Shown here: one piece after another, positions 12,618 to 25,958 of the stretch
Layout: the number at the start of each line of letters is the position of its first letter
Position numbering within the stretch: the stretch's first letter is position 1
Origin: Octopus vulgaris
Taxonomy: Eukaryota
Length of the DNA: 64,000 nt
Assembly: GCA_951406725.2 (NCBI GenBank)
Contig: OX597824.1
Coordinates: forward strand, 80,166,001-80,230,000
Direction: 5' to 3'
Notes under the pieces: model-generated
Told to the model about the DNA's origin: nothing
The model's input: the letters and a program-made list of their open reading frames with translations, nothing else
Database searches by the model: none
Program-made: the position numbers and the translations under genes

Positions 12618-13012
12618 CACGGCTGAACGATTATGTTGTTCGATTCGCAGTATCGTGTTTTTGGGTTCAATCTTATTGGGAAACATTTTAGGCCAGTGCC
12701 TTCTACTGTAGAGTTAAGTGACCAATATTTTGTGAGTGGAATTTTCTTGAAGGAAACTGAACGACTAAAATTCATTTATATATGTTCGAGAGGATATCAA
12801 AAGGTTCCCGGACAAGCACGGCAGAATGATTAAGTTGTTCGATTCGCAGTAGCGAGTTTCCGGGTTCGATCATATTGGGAAACATTTTAGGCCAATGCCT
12901 TCTACTATAGGTTTAAGCAACCAATATTTTGTGAGTGGGATTTTCTTGAAGGAAACTGAGCGATAAAAATTCATTTATATATGCACGGGGGGATATCAAA
13001 AGGTTCCCGGAC
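12618..13012 (+). repeat. ~199-bp tandem duplication of an old SINE head plus a mariner TIR
   Basis: Both units start CACGGC.GAA.GATTA.GTTGTTCGATTCGCAG and end GGATATCAAAAGGTTCCCGGAC. Confidence 0.85.
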
Positions 13013-13332
13013 TAGTTATGTTTAATAAAAAAAATAACTTATTTACCTAAGTTTTAACAAAATCTTCTTCGGAATAGCCACTTTGCGCAGCAATACACCG
13101 GTCCCAGCTTTCCTGCCACTTTTGGAATCTGGCCTGGAAGTCGTTATGTCTAAGCGAGTCGAGGACCTTCTGCGATTCGCTCTGGATTTCGATAACGGTG
13201 TTAAAACGGCGGCCATTGCGCTGAATTTTCATTTTGAGGCAGAGATAGAAATCCGCCGGTATTACATCTGATTAATAGGGCGGGTGTGAAAGCGATACCA
13301 TATTGTTTTTGGCGAGAAACTCACGGGTGAGG
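12984..13332 (-). mobile_element. Mariner transposon 3' remnant
   Basis: ORF 13047-13232 (GRRFNTVIEIQSESQKVL...FQKWQESWDRCIAAQSGYSE) is a mariner transposase C-terminus; upstream LTREFLAKNNM; TIR-like CACGGGGGGATATCAAAAGGTTCCCGGAC. Confidence 0.85.
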
Positions 13333-13837
13333 AGATCTCGTTGAAAATCTCATATTTTCGTTTCAGGTCTTGAACTGCAAAAGATAAAACGGAACATTAA
13401 AAGCATGAAGCTCACTGGTCTCAGACAGCAGCAATGGTAAAGGGCAGTGCCCCTTTTTCTTACACTCAACATGTAAATAAATAAATCAATAAATGAAGGA
13501 ATCAATTATCCTGCAGCTGCCTATTCTTTAATTTACTATAATTTTTTTAGACTAGATAAATATTTCAAACATAAGTACTAGGCCTAAAATATGAAGGTAA
13601 GGATTAGTGGATTATATCTACCCCAATATTTAACCCGGAGAGATTGAAGGGCAAATTTGACCACAGTATGATTAGAAACATAAAAACATCGGAGGAAACG
13701 CTGTGTCGTAATTAATCTGACGTTTTGATGATCAAATGGCCAGCCCAACGCCATTTTGTTGAAATAAATATTTGATTCAAATGTTGTTTCAAAGCGAGAG
13801 TATAAGTCGATTACATCTACCTCAGTTCTTGATTAGT

Positions 13838-14056
13838 ACTGTATCTTTCATGTATTCAGGGTCTTTAGAATATAGAAGCTCCTATTATTTGTCTATATCT
13901 CAGTAACTGCGCATCGTCCGAAATTAGTGAATGCGTATTTATGTTATCGAGTGCTTCTAAGGGAGTCTTTACGCTATCACTCGACTTGCTAGAAATAGTA
14001 GCCAAGCTCAATCAAATTTACCCTACCATCTTATAAAATAAAGTATAGATAGGATG

Positions 14057-14132
<76 letters not shown>

Positions 14133-14459
14133 GATAGAATGGTAAGACAACAAAAGAATGAAAGAGACCTCGATATTAGGTAATTAGAGGAATTTATCTG
14201 TAAATATAATATGTGACAATTATTCGGTAGCTACGATAAAACTTTTATTCGATGGCCGGATAACTGACATCCGAACCTCGGAGTTTTATCATGGCTACCG
14301 AATAATTGTTTCACACACACACATATATATATATGATTAAAGTTTTATCATGGCTACCGAATAATTGTCACATATTATATTTATAGATAAATTCCTCTAA
14401 TTACCTAATATCGAGGTCTCTTTCATTCTTTTGTTGTCTTACCATTCTATCAATATTAT

Positions 14460-14511
<52 letters not shown>

Positions 14512-14730
14512 CAACCTATCTATACTTTATTTTATAAGATGGTAGGGTAAATTTGATTGAGCTTGGCTACTATTTCTAGCAAGTCGAGTGATAGCGTAAA
14601 GACTCCCTCAGAAGCACTCGATAACATAAATACACATTCACTAATTTCGGGCGATGCGCAGTTACTGAGATATAGACAAATAATAGGAGCTTCTATATTC
14701 TAAAGACCCCGAATACATGAAAGATGCAGT
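13838..14730. repeat. Nested ~890-bp inverted duplication
   Basis: Outer arms 13838-14060 / 14506-14730 and inner arms 14124-14244 / 14339-14460 are reverse complements. Confidence 0.92.
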
Positions 14731-15141
14731 CAGCTTCTATGGTGGATGAAATAAATTATATTAAGTAAAACACATCAAAAACCACGAAGGCATATTGTTC
14801 GGCATTCAATCAATGATTCGATCCACAGACTTCTTCGTTGTCTTATCGACCACAGAAACGATAATACTTACAAGTATTGAAATTTGAAGATAAAGAAACG
14901 AATCTGTACATGAGAAGAAATTATGATGGCTTATCGACAGATTCTGTCATCATGACATTTTCTTTGGCTATTTAAAGCGTTCTCAGTCAGAATTGATCAA
15001 GGGCCTGCACCTGGAGCATTTCTGTCCGCAAGGTGGAAAACTATATCCTACAACTTAGAACATGATTTTTACACATCCGTCCATCCATCCATCCATCCAT
15101 CCATCCATCCATCCATCCATCCATCCATGCATTCATACATG

Positions 15142-15175
<34 letters not shown>

Positions 15176-15213
15176 TATAAATATATATATGTGTGTGTGT
15201 GTGTGTGGGGGGG

Positions 15214-15356
15214 GGTAAGTAGCTTGCTTACCAACCACATGGTTCCAGGTTCAATCCCACTGCTTGGCACCTTGGGCAAGTGTCTTCTACTATAGCTTCC
15301 GGCCGACCAAAGCCTTGTGAATGGATTTGGTAGACGGAAACTCAAAGCAGCCCATC

Positions 15357-15390
<34 letters not shown>

Positions 15391-15656
15391 ATATATATAT
15401 ATATATATATATACGTGTGTATATATGTATGTATATGTTTGTGTGTCTGTGTTTGTCCCTCCAACTTTCGCTTTGACAACAGGTGCTGGTGTGCTTACGC
15501 CCCCGTCACTTACCGGTTCGACAAGAGAGACCGATAGAATAAGTACTGGGCTTACAAAGAATAAGTCCTGGGGTCGATTTGCTCGACTAAAGGCGGAGCT
15601 CCAGCATGGCCGCAGTCAAATGACTGAAACAAATAAAAGAGTAAAAGAGTAAAAGT
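15214..15656 (+). mobile_element. SINE family A, slightly 5'-truncated
   Basis: Collinear with 2243-2657. Confidence 0.9.
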
Positions 15657-15686
15657 GTATATATATGTATATATATATATACATGT

Positions 15687-15990
15687 ACAAAAATTCTATA
15701 ATTATAAACATAATTAAAACTAGAGTTCAACAAATTTCTCTTTACCTACATGAATTAGGAGTATTGCTGCCTGGGAGATATCTTATGGTAGAGGAATAGT
15801 ATTTAACTGTTATTTCTAAATTTCGGTATGTGGTGAAGCAATTTTGCTGAACCCTAATTATAATTATGCTCATAATTGTAGAATTTTTGTATAAGATTAC
15901 CGATTATGATCCTTTTAACATACCGAACTACTTGGTAAAATTATTAATTATTAATTGATTAATTAATTTTACCCTTTATTATTATTGATA
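15687..15990. mobile_element. Penelope-like fragment with an inverted partial duplication in (TA)n
   Basis: 15687-15737 is the reverse complement of 15841-15891; flanked by (TA)n. Confidence 0.5.
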
Positions 15991-16247
15991 TATATATATA
16001 TATGTATGTAGGAACGTATGTATATATGTATGCATGTATGTAAGCCTGCATGTGTATATACACACGTACACACACATTAAACACACTCACGCCCGCGCAC
16101 ACGTACACACACACACACACACATACACGCACACACACACACGTACATGAATGTATGTTCCAAGATACAGGATGTTGGTATATGTATGTATATCTTCCAC
16201 TGGTGTGTCATCAAAAATTATAAACAGCGAGAAACTTAAAACAAAAT

Positions 16248-16560
16248 CTAGAAAGTTATCCTGCGAGGCTCAAGCCTGGACAAGGTTGTTTATGGAAGAC
16301 CAGCAGTCGTCCATTGTTGTTTATGGAAGACCAGCAGTCTTCCCCTCTCCGTATCACCAGTGTTATCCAAGGGAAAGGCAAAGGCCGATACAGCTTGGCA
16401 CCAGTGACGTCGCAAAACTTTTCTACAGCTGACTGAACTGGAACAACTTGAAATAAAATGTCTTGCTCAAGACCGCAGCACACAGCTTGGTCCGGGAATC
16501 GAACTCACTAACGCATGATTGTGAGCCTGATGCTCTAACCACTGAGCCATGCACTTTCAC
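16248..16560 (-). mobile_element. tRNA-derived SINE (family D-type head, different tail)
   Basis: Minus-strand head GCATGGCTCAGTGGTTAGAGC...GAGTTCGATTCCC, then TCTTGAGCAAGACA; internal duplication of GTTTATGGAAGACCAGCAGTC. Confidence 0.8.
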
Positions 16561-16915
16561 TAATAGAATGATTCGTTCTGCCAAGTTACTCGAACAACCC
16601 CTTTTCACTCTACCAGCCAGAAGAGCATGGAACCAATGACTGACATGTTTGTAACCTGCAACTCACACCCGACACGGTCGTTTAATAGTCGTACTATAAG
16701 GAGATTCTCTATGTGAATATGTCTTTGATAAATACATCTGCGATGATTTTAAGCTATCGTGTTTTCTCCTTTATACAAACTGTTCGTAATACATCTTCAC
16801 ATTATTGGCCACTAAGCATTGTGTCGTTCATAGTCAATGAGTTGTAAGAAGGCAACACTGTTTTTGCTTTTGCTAATCTGTAATGTTGCAAATTTTCTGT
16901 TAGCATTTGAGGCAA

Positions 16916-16994
<79 letters not shown>

Positions 16995-17048
16995 TTCTTC
17001 TTCTTCTTCTTCTTCTTCTTCTTCTTCTTCTTCTTCTTCTTCTTTTTA

Positions 17049-17248
17049 AGTGAGAGCAGCGCATGCCCTCAAGGTGACACTGGAGTAAAATATACGAAGC
17101 CCAATATACCCATCATGACTACAGGTCTGATAAGGGTAAACGAGGCACATTTACTGTAACCCATCTTTTACCCTAAGACAAAATATCTACATACCATTTC
17201 GAATAAGTTAAAATCAGAAACCATGAGAGCCAGTGCCTTGTATTGCAT
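17049..17248 (-). mobile_element. TAA-associated element, internally deleted copy retaining both ends
   Basis: 17049-17150 matches the 3' end; 17150-17248 matches the 5' part seen at 62675-62781; abuts (TTA)n. Confidence 0.7.
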
Positions 17249-17759
17249 TATTATTATCATCATCATTGTTGTCGCTGTTATTGTTGTTTTTGTTTTGTTA
17301 TTGCCATTATTATTGCAAGCAATTTCCTTTCGTTAGACAAGTTTTACTGCTGGCTAGTTTTGATGCATCTAACGATTTAACTTTAACTACACTGAATGAA
17401 ATTTGAAGGCGATTTCTCTGCTACACCTCGTTGACCCGAGTTACTACGTATATTCAACAGCAGTAGTAGCGGTAGCAGTAAGACACCACAACAGAAACAG
17501 CAAAAACAACAACAGCATAATTGAGGAAGCCTCTACGTCGTCATTCGGCCAAAATAGAAAGAACAACCAAATTTTTCCTGAAATCACACACTATACTTTA
17601 AAACAAGAAGTAAGCATTGAATAATTCTAGCCCAGTGGCCTGTTAAAAGAAAACCTTCGCTACATGTCACGAAAGGGTAGATTTGAACTCAGAACATAAA
17701 ACCTTTCTTTGGTCCATCCTCTGCAGTACTGTATATCCGTTAATCTATGTCCTACATAC

Positions 17760-17940
17760 CTGCATATAGGTTTTATACAGTTCCTTCTTGTTTATGGTAG
17801 TCATGGTGTGGGCAGAGTTTTTATGGTATTATATTTTATTATAGGGTCCCTAACCTGTAGTTCAGTCCTCATCTTTTATTAAGGTTTGGGACTAGCTGCT
17901 ATCTTCATGAATCTGACAACCAAATCGGGATCAGCCTATT
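17760..17940 (-). other. Candidate spliced exon (5' UTR plus possible start MTTINKKELYKTYMQ, or lncRNA exon)
   Basis: Acceptor GTCTCTTTCTTTCAG|, donor CAG|GTATGT, ACACCATGA context at 17804; unique non-repetitive sequence. Confidence 0.4.
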
Positions 17941-19691
17941 CTGAAAGAAAGAGACAAGCAGGTTTAAAAAAGAACGAAAGAATGAAATAAATAAATAAAG
18001 AAAGAAAGAAAGAAAGAAAAAGGAGGTTGTGGAACCGATTTCAGTATTTCCCTGGTACTTTATTTTACCGACCCTGAAAAGATTACAGGTAAAATTATTT
18101 CAAACGGGATTTGAACTCAGTGTGGAAACCACCGGAGTGGATTTGTACGATGCTCGAACGATTTAACGAAGCCAGTCTAACAGAGAATATAATAGGATGG
18201 CTTAAGAGATATTGTTTCTGTCAATGAACTTCTTTCATTGCCACAAGGGTGACAAATTGCGGACATTAAATAACAGATAACAAATTGGTGGACACTGTTT
18301 GACAAATTTCAAAATGGCGGACATCGCGTTGACAAATTTCAAAATGGTGGAGACATTTTTGGTTTGTTTGTTTGTTTGCTTGTTTGAAACAACGAGAGTG
18401 ATATCGAAACAAAAAAAAACTAAATAAAATATATAAATTGATATAAAATATCCAAAAGCAACAATAATAACAAAATATTATTACTCTTTTTTTTTATTAA
18501 GTACGGACGCTCTATATTTTCTTTAATTACGACTGAATGGGGAGGAAATTGGTCTCATAGCCATATCTGTGGTCAAGAGGTCCAGCAAGCATTGTTAATC
18601 TTATAGACGCTCCCTTATTGTGTCCCCTGCACTGCAACAATGATTGTAATAGAAAAAGAAAAAGAAATAAAAGAGAAACAAAAAAGACCACACACAAACA
18701 CAAAAATCAACAAAAATAACAGACAAAAATATATAAAAGAGGCAAAAATAGAATAAAAGGTAATTTGTTTTATTGAATGAGCATTATCATTCTTATTATC
18801 GTTGGATGCAATTATTATATGGAAGCTTAAAGTTTTCGCTAATTCTCCGTCAGACGAAGCATACTCTACAATTATTATCAGAAATGATTTTGTTTTTCTT
18901 TAAATCTTTGTTGTCACTGCTGTTGTGGTTCATGTTCACGTTATCGTTGTTGTTGTTGTTGTTGGTGGTGGTGGTGATGATAGAGGTGGTTGTGGTGGGG
19001 GACTGTTTGTGGTAGTGCTGTTGTTGCTGTTTTGATAATAGTGGCATTGGTGTTGTTGTTGGTATTGTTGTTGGTGTTCCTTTTTCTGGGAGAGCGTTTT
19101 TTTTTTCTGTCCTATTGCACCCGAAGGGAAACAAGAAGTAAGTGGCTTGTTTATCATAATGGAGAGAAAGGAATAGAAGGAGAGAGAGAGAGAAAAAAGA
19201 GAGAGGGGGAGAAAGGAATAGAAGGAGAGAGAGAGAAAAGAGAGAGAGGGGGGATGAGAGGGTTGGTTTGGTTTGTAGAATGAAATGTGCTGGTGGGTGC
19301 ATCAGAAAGAGAGAGAAAAAGAGAGGTGAAGAAGGGATACAAATATTTAAGGAATACAGAGAGAAAGGGCGAGAGAGATTGAGGGAGAAAGAGAGAGATA
19401 GAGAGCTAGAGAGATAAAGGCAAATAGGTAAAGAGATAGACCGACAGATAGGCAGATAGAAAGATGGATAGACGGACAGACAGATAAGTAGATAGATAGA
19501 GAGGCCAATGAAATGATGGGGGGGGGGGAAACGAGTGTTAGATAAATTGATAGGAATAACCATATAAGAGAGGGACGAGAATGCATAGATTAATAGACAC
19601 ACAGACACACACATATAAAGAGAGAGAGAGAGACAGAGAAAGAGAGTAAGAGAGAGAAGTAACTATCTGTCAATGTATGTATGTCTGTATG

Positions 19692-19728
<37 letters not shown>

Positions 19729-19736
19729 ATATATAT

Positions 19737-19771
<35 letters not shown>

Positions 19772-20238
19772 CATACAGACATACATACATTGACAGATAG
19801 TTACTTCTCTCTCATAATTAGGAATAAATAGAGATATATACATAGAGAGCGCTGGGAAGCAGAAAGAGATAAAGAGTGACAATTAATAGAAACTACATCC
19901 AAATAGTTTGACATTTAGCATAAACTGCCGCAGGTCATAAAATGTTGAAGAAAACAATCAAATATGGCGTGTAGAAGTTTTAGATTTATTTGACATTACC
20001 AAGTTTAATGTTGAGAGGAGTGTGGGTGTATGTGAGTATTTGAGTGTGTGTATGTGTGTGTTAGGACGCGAGTGCGTAAGGATGTATGTCACAAACACAC
20101 ACATACATTCACAGAAACAGACATACACACATACATATGCATATGTATATATACATATAATCATACATATATATTATATATATATGTGTGTGTATATCAT
20201 ACATATATAATCTATCTCTCTAATTATCTATCCGTATG

Positions 20239-20411
<173 letters not shown>

Positions 20412-20469
20412 ATGTATATGTATATCTATCAATTCTTCCGTTCATATAACATAACTGTGTGTGTATGTA

Positions 20470-20506
<37 letters not shown>

Positions 20507-21384
20507 GTGTATATATATATATGTATAAATGTACACATGTATATATATTCATATATATATATATGTATATATACTTATATATTATATATATATGAATACA
20601 CATATATACAGACATACATGCATGCACACACATACACACACACAGACATACACACTCATACACACAAACGCACATACACTTGTCTGTTATAAGCATATAT
20701 CTATGAGCTTATACGTGTGTGTCCATCTATGTGTGTATTATGTGTAGTTGTTAGAGAACGAATAAGTCTTCGGGAAACACAAATGTTATGAAGATTAAGG
20801 GTAAAGTGTTTTTGCAAAGTTTCATTTTCCAGTATTTCTATTCAAAATGGCCTCTCTTATTGAAGAGCTAAGTATATGAGTGAGCGAGTAATTGAGTAAA
20901 TGGGCGAGTTAGCGATCGAAGGAGTAACTGCGTGAAGAGGGAGAGGGAAGAGATGGAGTTTATAATGTAGGGAAGTAGTCTACATCTGTTAGACTCCAGA
21001 TGTGAAAAAGTATTAAAAATATCCAATGCAACGACACATGGATTTCAACTTGCTTGAGGATATAAAATGAAAGGTAAGGGAAACTACATTTTGGATCCTC
21101 GTGTTAGTGATGTTGCTGTTGTTGTTGTTGTTGTTGTTGTTGTTGCTGGTGGTGGTGGTGGTTGTGTTTGTGCTGGTGTCGGTAGTGGTGTTGGTGTTGT
21201 TGTTGTTGTTGTTGGTGGTGGTGTTGGTGGTGTTGGTGGTGTTGGTGGTGTTGGTGGTGTTGGTGGTGATGGTGGTCTTAAGTCACTCAATTACTCACTC
21301 ACTCACGTGCTTAGACCTTCGGTGCCTGCAGCCAAAGCGTTGTGTTTGCTTGATGTTTGGCGTGTGTGTGTGTGTCTGTTTGTG

Positions 21385-21425
<41 letters not shown>

Positions 21426-21546
21426 GGTAAGAAAGAGCGAGAGCAAGAGACAGCTGCAGAGAGGGAGACGGAAAATGAGAGGGGATATCAGTGAGTGAGA
21501 GAGGTGTATGAATGAATGTCAGAAGGTGAGTTTTGAGAAAGTGAGT

Positions 21547-21588
<42 letters not shown>

Positions 21589-21877
21589 GAGAGATATAGA
21601 GAGAGATTAATAGGTACGAAGAGCGATATGTTGGCAAGGAGATCGATAGATAGAGAGATATGGGAAGAGAGAAATAGAGAGAGAGAGTGAGAGATAGTCA
21701 GAAAGTGAGAGGTAGTGATGAAAGACAGAAAGTGAGAGGGTGTTCGTGAGAGTGAGCGTGGGTCAGTTTCTGGGAGTGAGTGAGAGAAAGAAAGGGATAA
21801 ATAGACACAGAAGTATGTTGGTATGCATGCAGATAGATAGACAGAGAGATAGATAGATACATAGGTAGATAGATAGG

Positions 21878-21936
<59 letters not shown>

Positions 21937-22086
21937 GTAGATAGAGAGGTAGATATATAGATAGGAAGGTAGATAGGTAAATAGACAAACAGATAGAGAG
22001 ATAGATAGGTGGATAGATTGGTAGAGCCAGCCAGCCAGCCAGACAGACAGATAGATAGATTGATAGATAAACAGATAGATAGACAT

Positions 22087-22120
<34 letters not shown>

Positions 22121-22791
22121 GATACATACAGTTCTAGATAGGTAGATGATAGATAGACAAACAGACAGACAGACAGATAGATAGATAGATTGATTGATAG
22201 ATAGACTGTTACAGAACTGGATAGATAGACAGACAAACAGACAGATAGATAGAGAGAGTGTGTGTGGGAGAGAGAGAGTGTGGGAGAGAGAGAGTATGGG
22301 AGAGAGAAAGAGATGAGCAACATTATATGTACATCAACGTGCGTTGAGTGCACCTTTATAGGGACAGAGAGTTTGTTAGGGGAGGGGCATGTTAGGATTG
22401 AAATTAATAGAATTGTAATTTTGCTTTTTATATATTTTTTCTAAAATTTTCTCGTTTTAAATTTAAAGAAAATGAAAATGAATTTAAATTAGAAGATTTT
22501 CAGAGTGACATATTTTTATCTTCAGAATGTAAAATGTATAATGATGATGATGATGGTGATAATGGTGATGATAATAATGATGAGGATAATAATAATAATA
22601 GAAATAACAACAACAACAACAACAACAATAATAATAATAAATAAATGAATAAATAATAGTAGTGGGAGTAGTAGTAGTAGTAGTAGTAATAATAATAATA
22701 ATCATGATAATAATAATAATAGTAATAATAATAATAATAATAAATAAATAAATAATAATAGTAGTAGTAGTAATAGTAGTAGTAGTAGTAG

Positions 22792-22934
<143 letters not shown>

Positions 22935-23539
22935 GTCTAATCTGTTGTGTGTATATGAAAATAATAATGATAATAATAAATGAAACTGTATCATTTCCAT
23001 TCCTTTAATACGTGAGTGCCAAAAAATAAAAGAAAAAAAGAAAAAAAGGCAATGGTGGATTTTAGGAATGAACGAACGCCTGTAAAATCGCTTCAGGTTA
23101 CGTGTCAAAAACGAAATAATTCTCGCCATATGGAAGGAGAGTAAAGGAGTTTTCATTGACACAGAAAAGTTTGGTGAAAAAAAGGAAACAAGTAAATTGC
23201 CAAGACCAGGAGGAGATTATGTTTCCTGACAAGAACAAATTTACAGCAATAAACCCACAGCATCAGCAGCAGGCGTAGCAGCAGCAAGAGCAGCATCAAG
23301 TGTGTGACAATAGGCTTGTTCACCCTAAGGAAGGAAGGAAGCAGCTCTTAACAGACTACGCATGCACAACAGGAAATGTTCGGGGTTAAGAAGCTCGCTT
23401 TGCAGCCACGTGTTTTGGGTTCAGTTCCACATTGCGCGGCACCTCGAGCAGGTGTCTTCTACTATAGATCTGAGTCCACCAAAACCTTGCGAGTGAATTT
23501 GATAGACTAAATCTTTGTGGAAACCCGTCGCGCATGCGC

Positions 23540-23584
<45 letters not shown>

Positions 23585-23832
23585 AGAAATATGTTACGAA
23601 AAGAAAATATAAAATACACGTGGAAATGTAAGGGTAAAATATGAAAAATCAACGAAAATTCATATTGCAAATAGAAAAGGCTATTTATGACAGGTAGTGA
23701 CAAATATATACATTTAGATTGACTGAGGTAGTAATACGAATCATAAATGTCGTTATTAAGAGATGATTATAAGATGGTAATAAAGTAAGAGGACAAAACG
23801 AACCAATGGTTTACGCGAAAGCTATTCATCGT

Positions 23833-23863
<31 letters not shown>

Positions 23864-23864
<1 letters not shown>

Positions 23865-24172
23865 TCTCTTTTACTATTTTACTTGTTTCAGTCATTTGAC
23901 TGTGGCCATGCTGTAGCACCACTTTTAGTCGAACAAATCGACCCCAGGGCATATTCTTTGTGAGCCTAGTACTTATTCTATCGGTCTCTTTTGCCGAATC
24001 GTTTAGGGGGACGTAAACACAACTTCAGTTTTCGTCTACCAAATCCACTAACAAGGCATTGGTCAGCCCGAGGCTATAATAGAAGACACTTGCCCAAGGC
24101 ATCACGCAGTGGGACTGAATCCAGAACCATGTGGTTGGTAAGCAAGTTACTTACCACGTAGCCACTCCTACG

Positions 24173-24174
<2 letters not shown>
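23864..24174 (-). mobile_element. SINE family A, internally deleted
   Basis: Reverse complement of the family A head and tail with the spacer missing. Confidence 0.85.
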
Positions 24175-24229
<55 letters not shown>

Positions 24230-24233
24230 AATA

Positions 24234-24414
24234 CAGCATTCCTTCGCCATATCGCCGTTCACTTATCGTGGTTCGCCTCTCGCGGTTTATTATTGTTTTG
24301 CATTTATAGTAAAATAAATATATACAAATTATAAAAATAATATACAGTACAGGACTGTTTCTACATATCGTGGGCTTTTGAAACGCAACATCCGCGATAG
24401 TCGAGGGATTACTG
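24234..24414. mobile_element. pogo/Tigger-type MITE
   Basis: TA|CAGCATTCCTTCGCCATATCGC ... CGCGATAGTCGAGGGATTACTG|TA: imperfect TIRs with a TA TSD. Confidence 0.75.
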
Positions 24415-24426
24415 TATACATATATA

Positions 24427-24535
<109 letters not shown>

Positions 24536-24975
24536 ACATACATCGTTTCCCTTATGTTGAATTGTCGTATTTCCAAATTTGGCCAAATGCGTTTCTTTCG
24601 TTATTTATTTTTGCTTGCAATACCCGGTTCTTTTGGTCAAACTATCGTATCTCCAGCAGCTTCAGGTGACAATTGTAGTACAATGGTTTAGCATTTTTCA
24701 GAAGTGTAGTAAGCCCCACAAACGACAATTTTACAAAAAATAGTTCCTATTGAAAGTATCATTCATGCATAGAGTTACGATTTTATGCACCCGACAGATT
24801 ATTATTGTCAAGCTGTAACTTTTGCTGATTTTAAAAATAAAATGGAATGGTGAAACTAATTTTTGATTTTCTGAAAATGCAACGTTTTGGACTTACGACA
24901 CTTTTGCATAATAGCAACGATATATATGTTTGTCCCTTCGTGTATTTCACGTTATTTATTTATGTAAAGGGTTAT

Positions 24976-25051
<76 letters not shown>

Positions 25052-25583
25052 TGTGTGTGCGTGCGTGCGTGTGATTGTGTTTGTGTTTGATCACTCCCAC
25101 CTCATGATAACTGGTGTCGATCTATTTACGATTCTGCTACATAACGGTTCGGCAAAAGGAAACCGCTAGAATAAATACCAAGCTTTAAAATGTCGAAGGG
25201 TACTGGAAAGTACGGCTCTTAAGTGCTTACCTTCGCAATTTTATTTTTACTTTTAGATTAAAAACTAACCGTTGCCCATGCAAGCAAGATATCATGTGTG
25301 GTCATTAGACAGACACAACTTGTATCGTTATAGGTGTAGCAGTCAGATCGCAAAGAACTATAACAGATGCTGCAAGTTATCAAATTCAGCGATCTAACTA
25401 TTCTGCAAAGACTTTGTTTTTGAATGGTGCCTTATTTGTCAATCTTGAATAGAACAAATGTTAAACTGTTCTCAGTAGGATTTGATCTCAGAGCGTAGAC
25501 TCAGCGATCAAATGCTGTAAAACATTCTATGCCATGTTCTAACGACTCATTCAATTCGCTGCTTTAGGAAATTACTCCGTATA

Positions 25584-25746
25584 CAGTTCTATATTTAAGA
25601 GACGAGGAATTATTTATATTATTTACATTATTTAAATTTGACGGATATGTGTCCTCATTTTGTTTGTTGTTAACACAACGTTTCGGCTGGTTAAGAGCGC
25701 GGGCTATTAACCCCAAAATTCCGTGTTCGATTCCAAGCAGTGACCC

Positions 25747-25794
<48 letters not shown>

Positions 25795-25958
25795 TAATAA
25801 CAACAAGGAAAAATACCTTAGGAATGAGAGCCCAGGTTCGAAATTTCTCCAAGGCACCTGATGATGGCTGGAGGGTATATCAGCCGAAACGTTGTGTTAA
25901 TAACAAAAAAGATGGGAAGAAATATCCGTCAAATGTAAATAATGTAAATAATGTAAAT
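25584..25958 (+). mobile_element. TSD-flanked tRNA-head plus hammerhead element with an inverted 3' copy
   Basis: 14-bp TSD AATTACTC(C/T)GTATA (25570-25583 and 25959-25972); inverted copy 25584-25688; tRNA-like segment 25688-25745; hammerhead 25853-25898. Confidence 0.8.
25853..25898 (+). ncRNA. Minimal type-I hammerhead ribozyme
   Basis: GGCAC-CUGAUGA-U-GGCUG(10-nt loop)CAGCC-GAAAC-GUU-GUGUU; stem III is reduced to the palindrome AACGUU. Confidence 0.8.

Noticed and set aside
13367-13436. Possible plus-strand micro-exon (TTTCAG|...ATG|GTAAAG)
   Set aside because: Adjacent to a mariner remnant, has an equally plausible opposite-strand reading, and lacks a partner exon.
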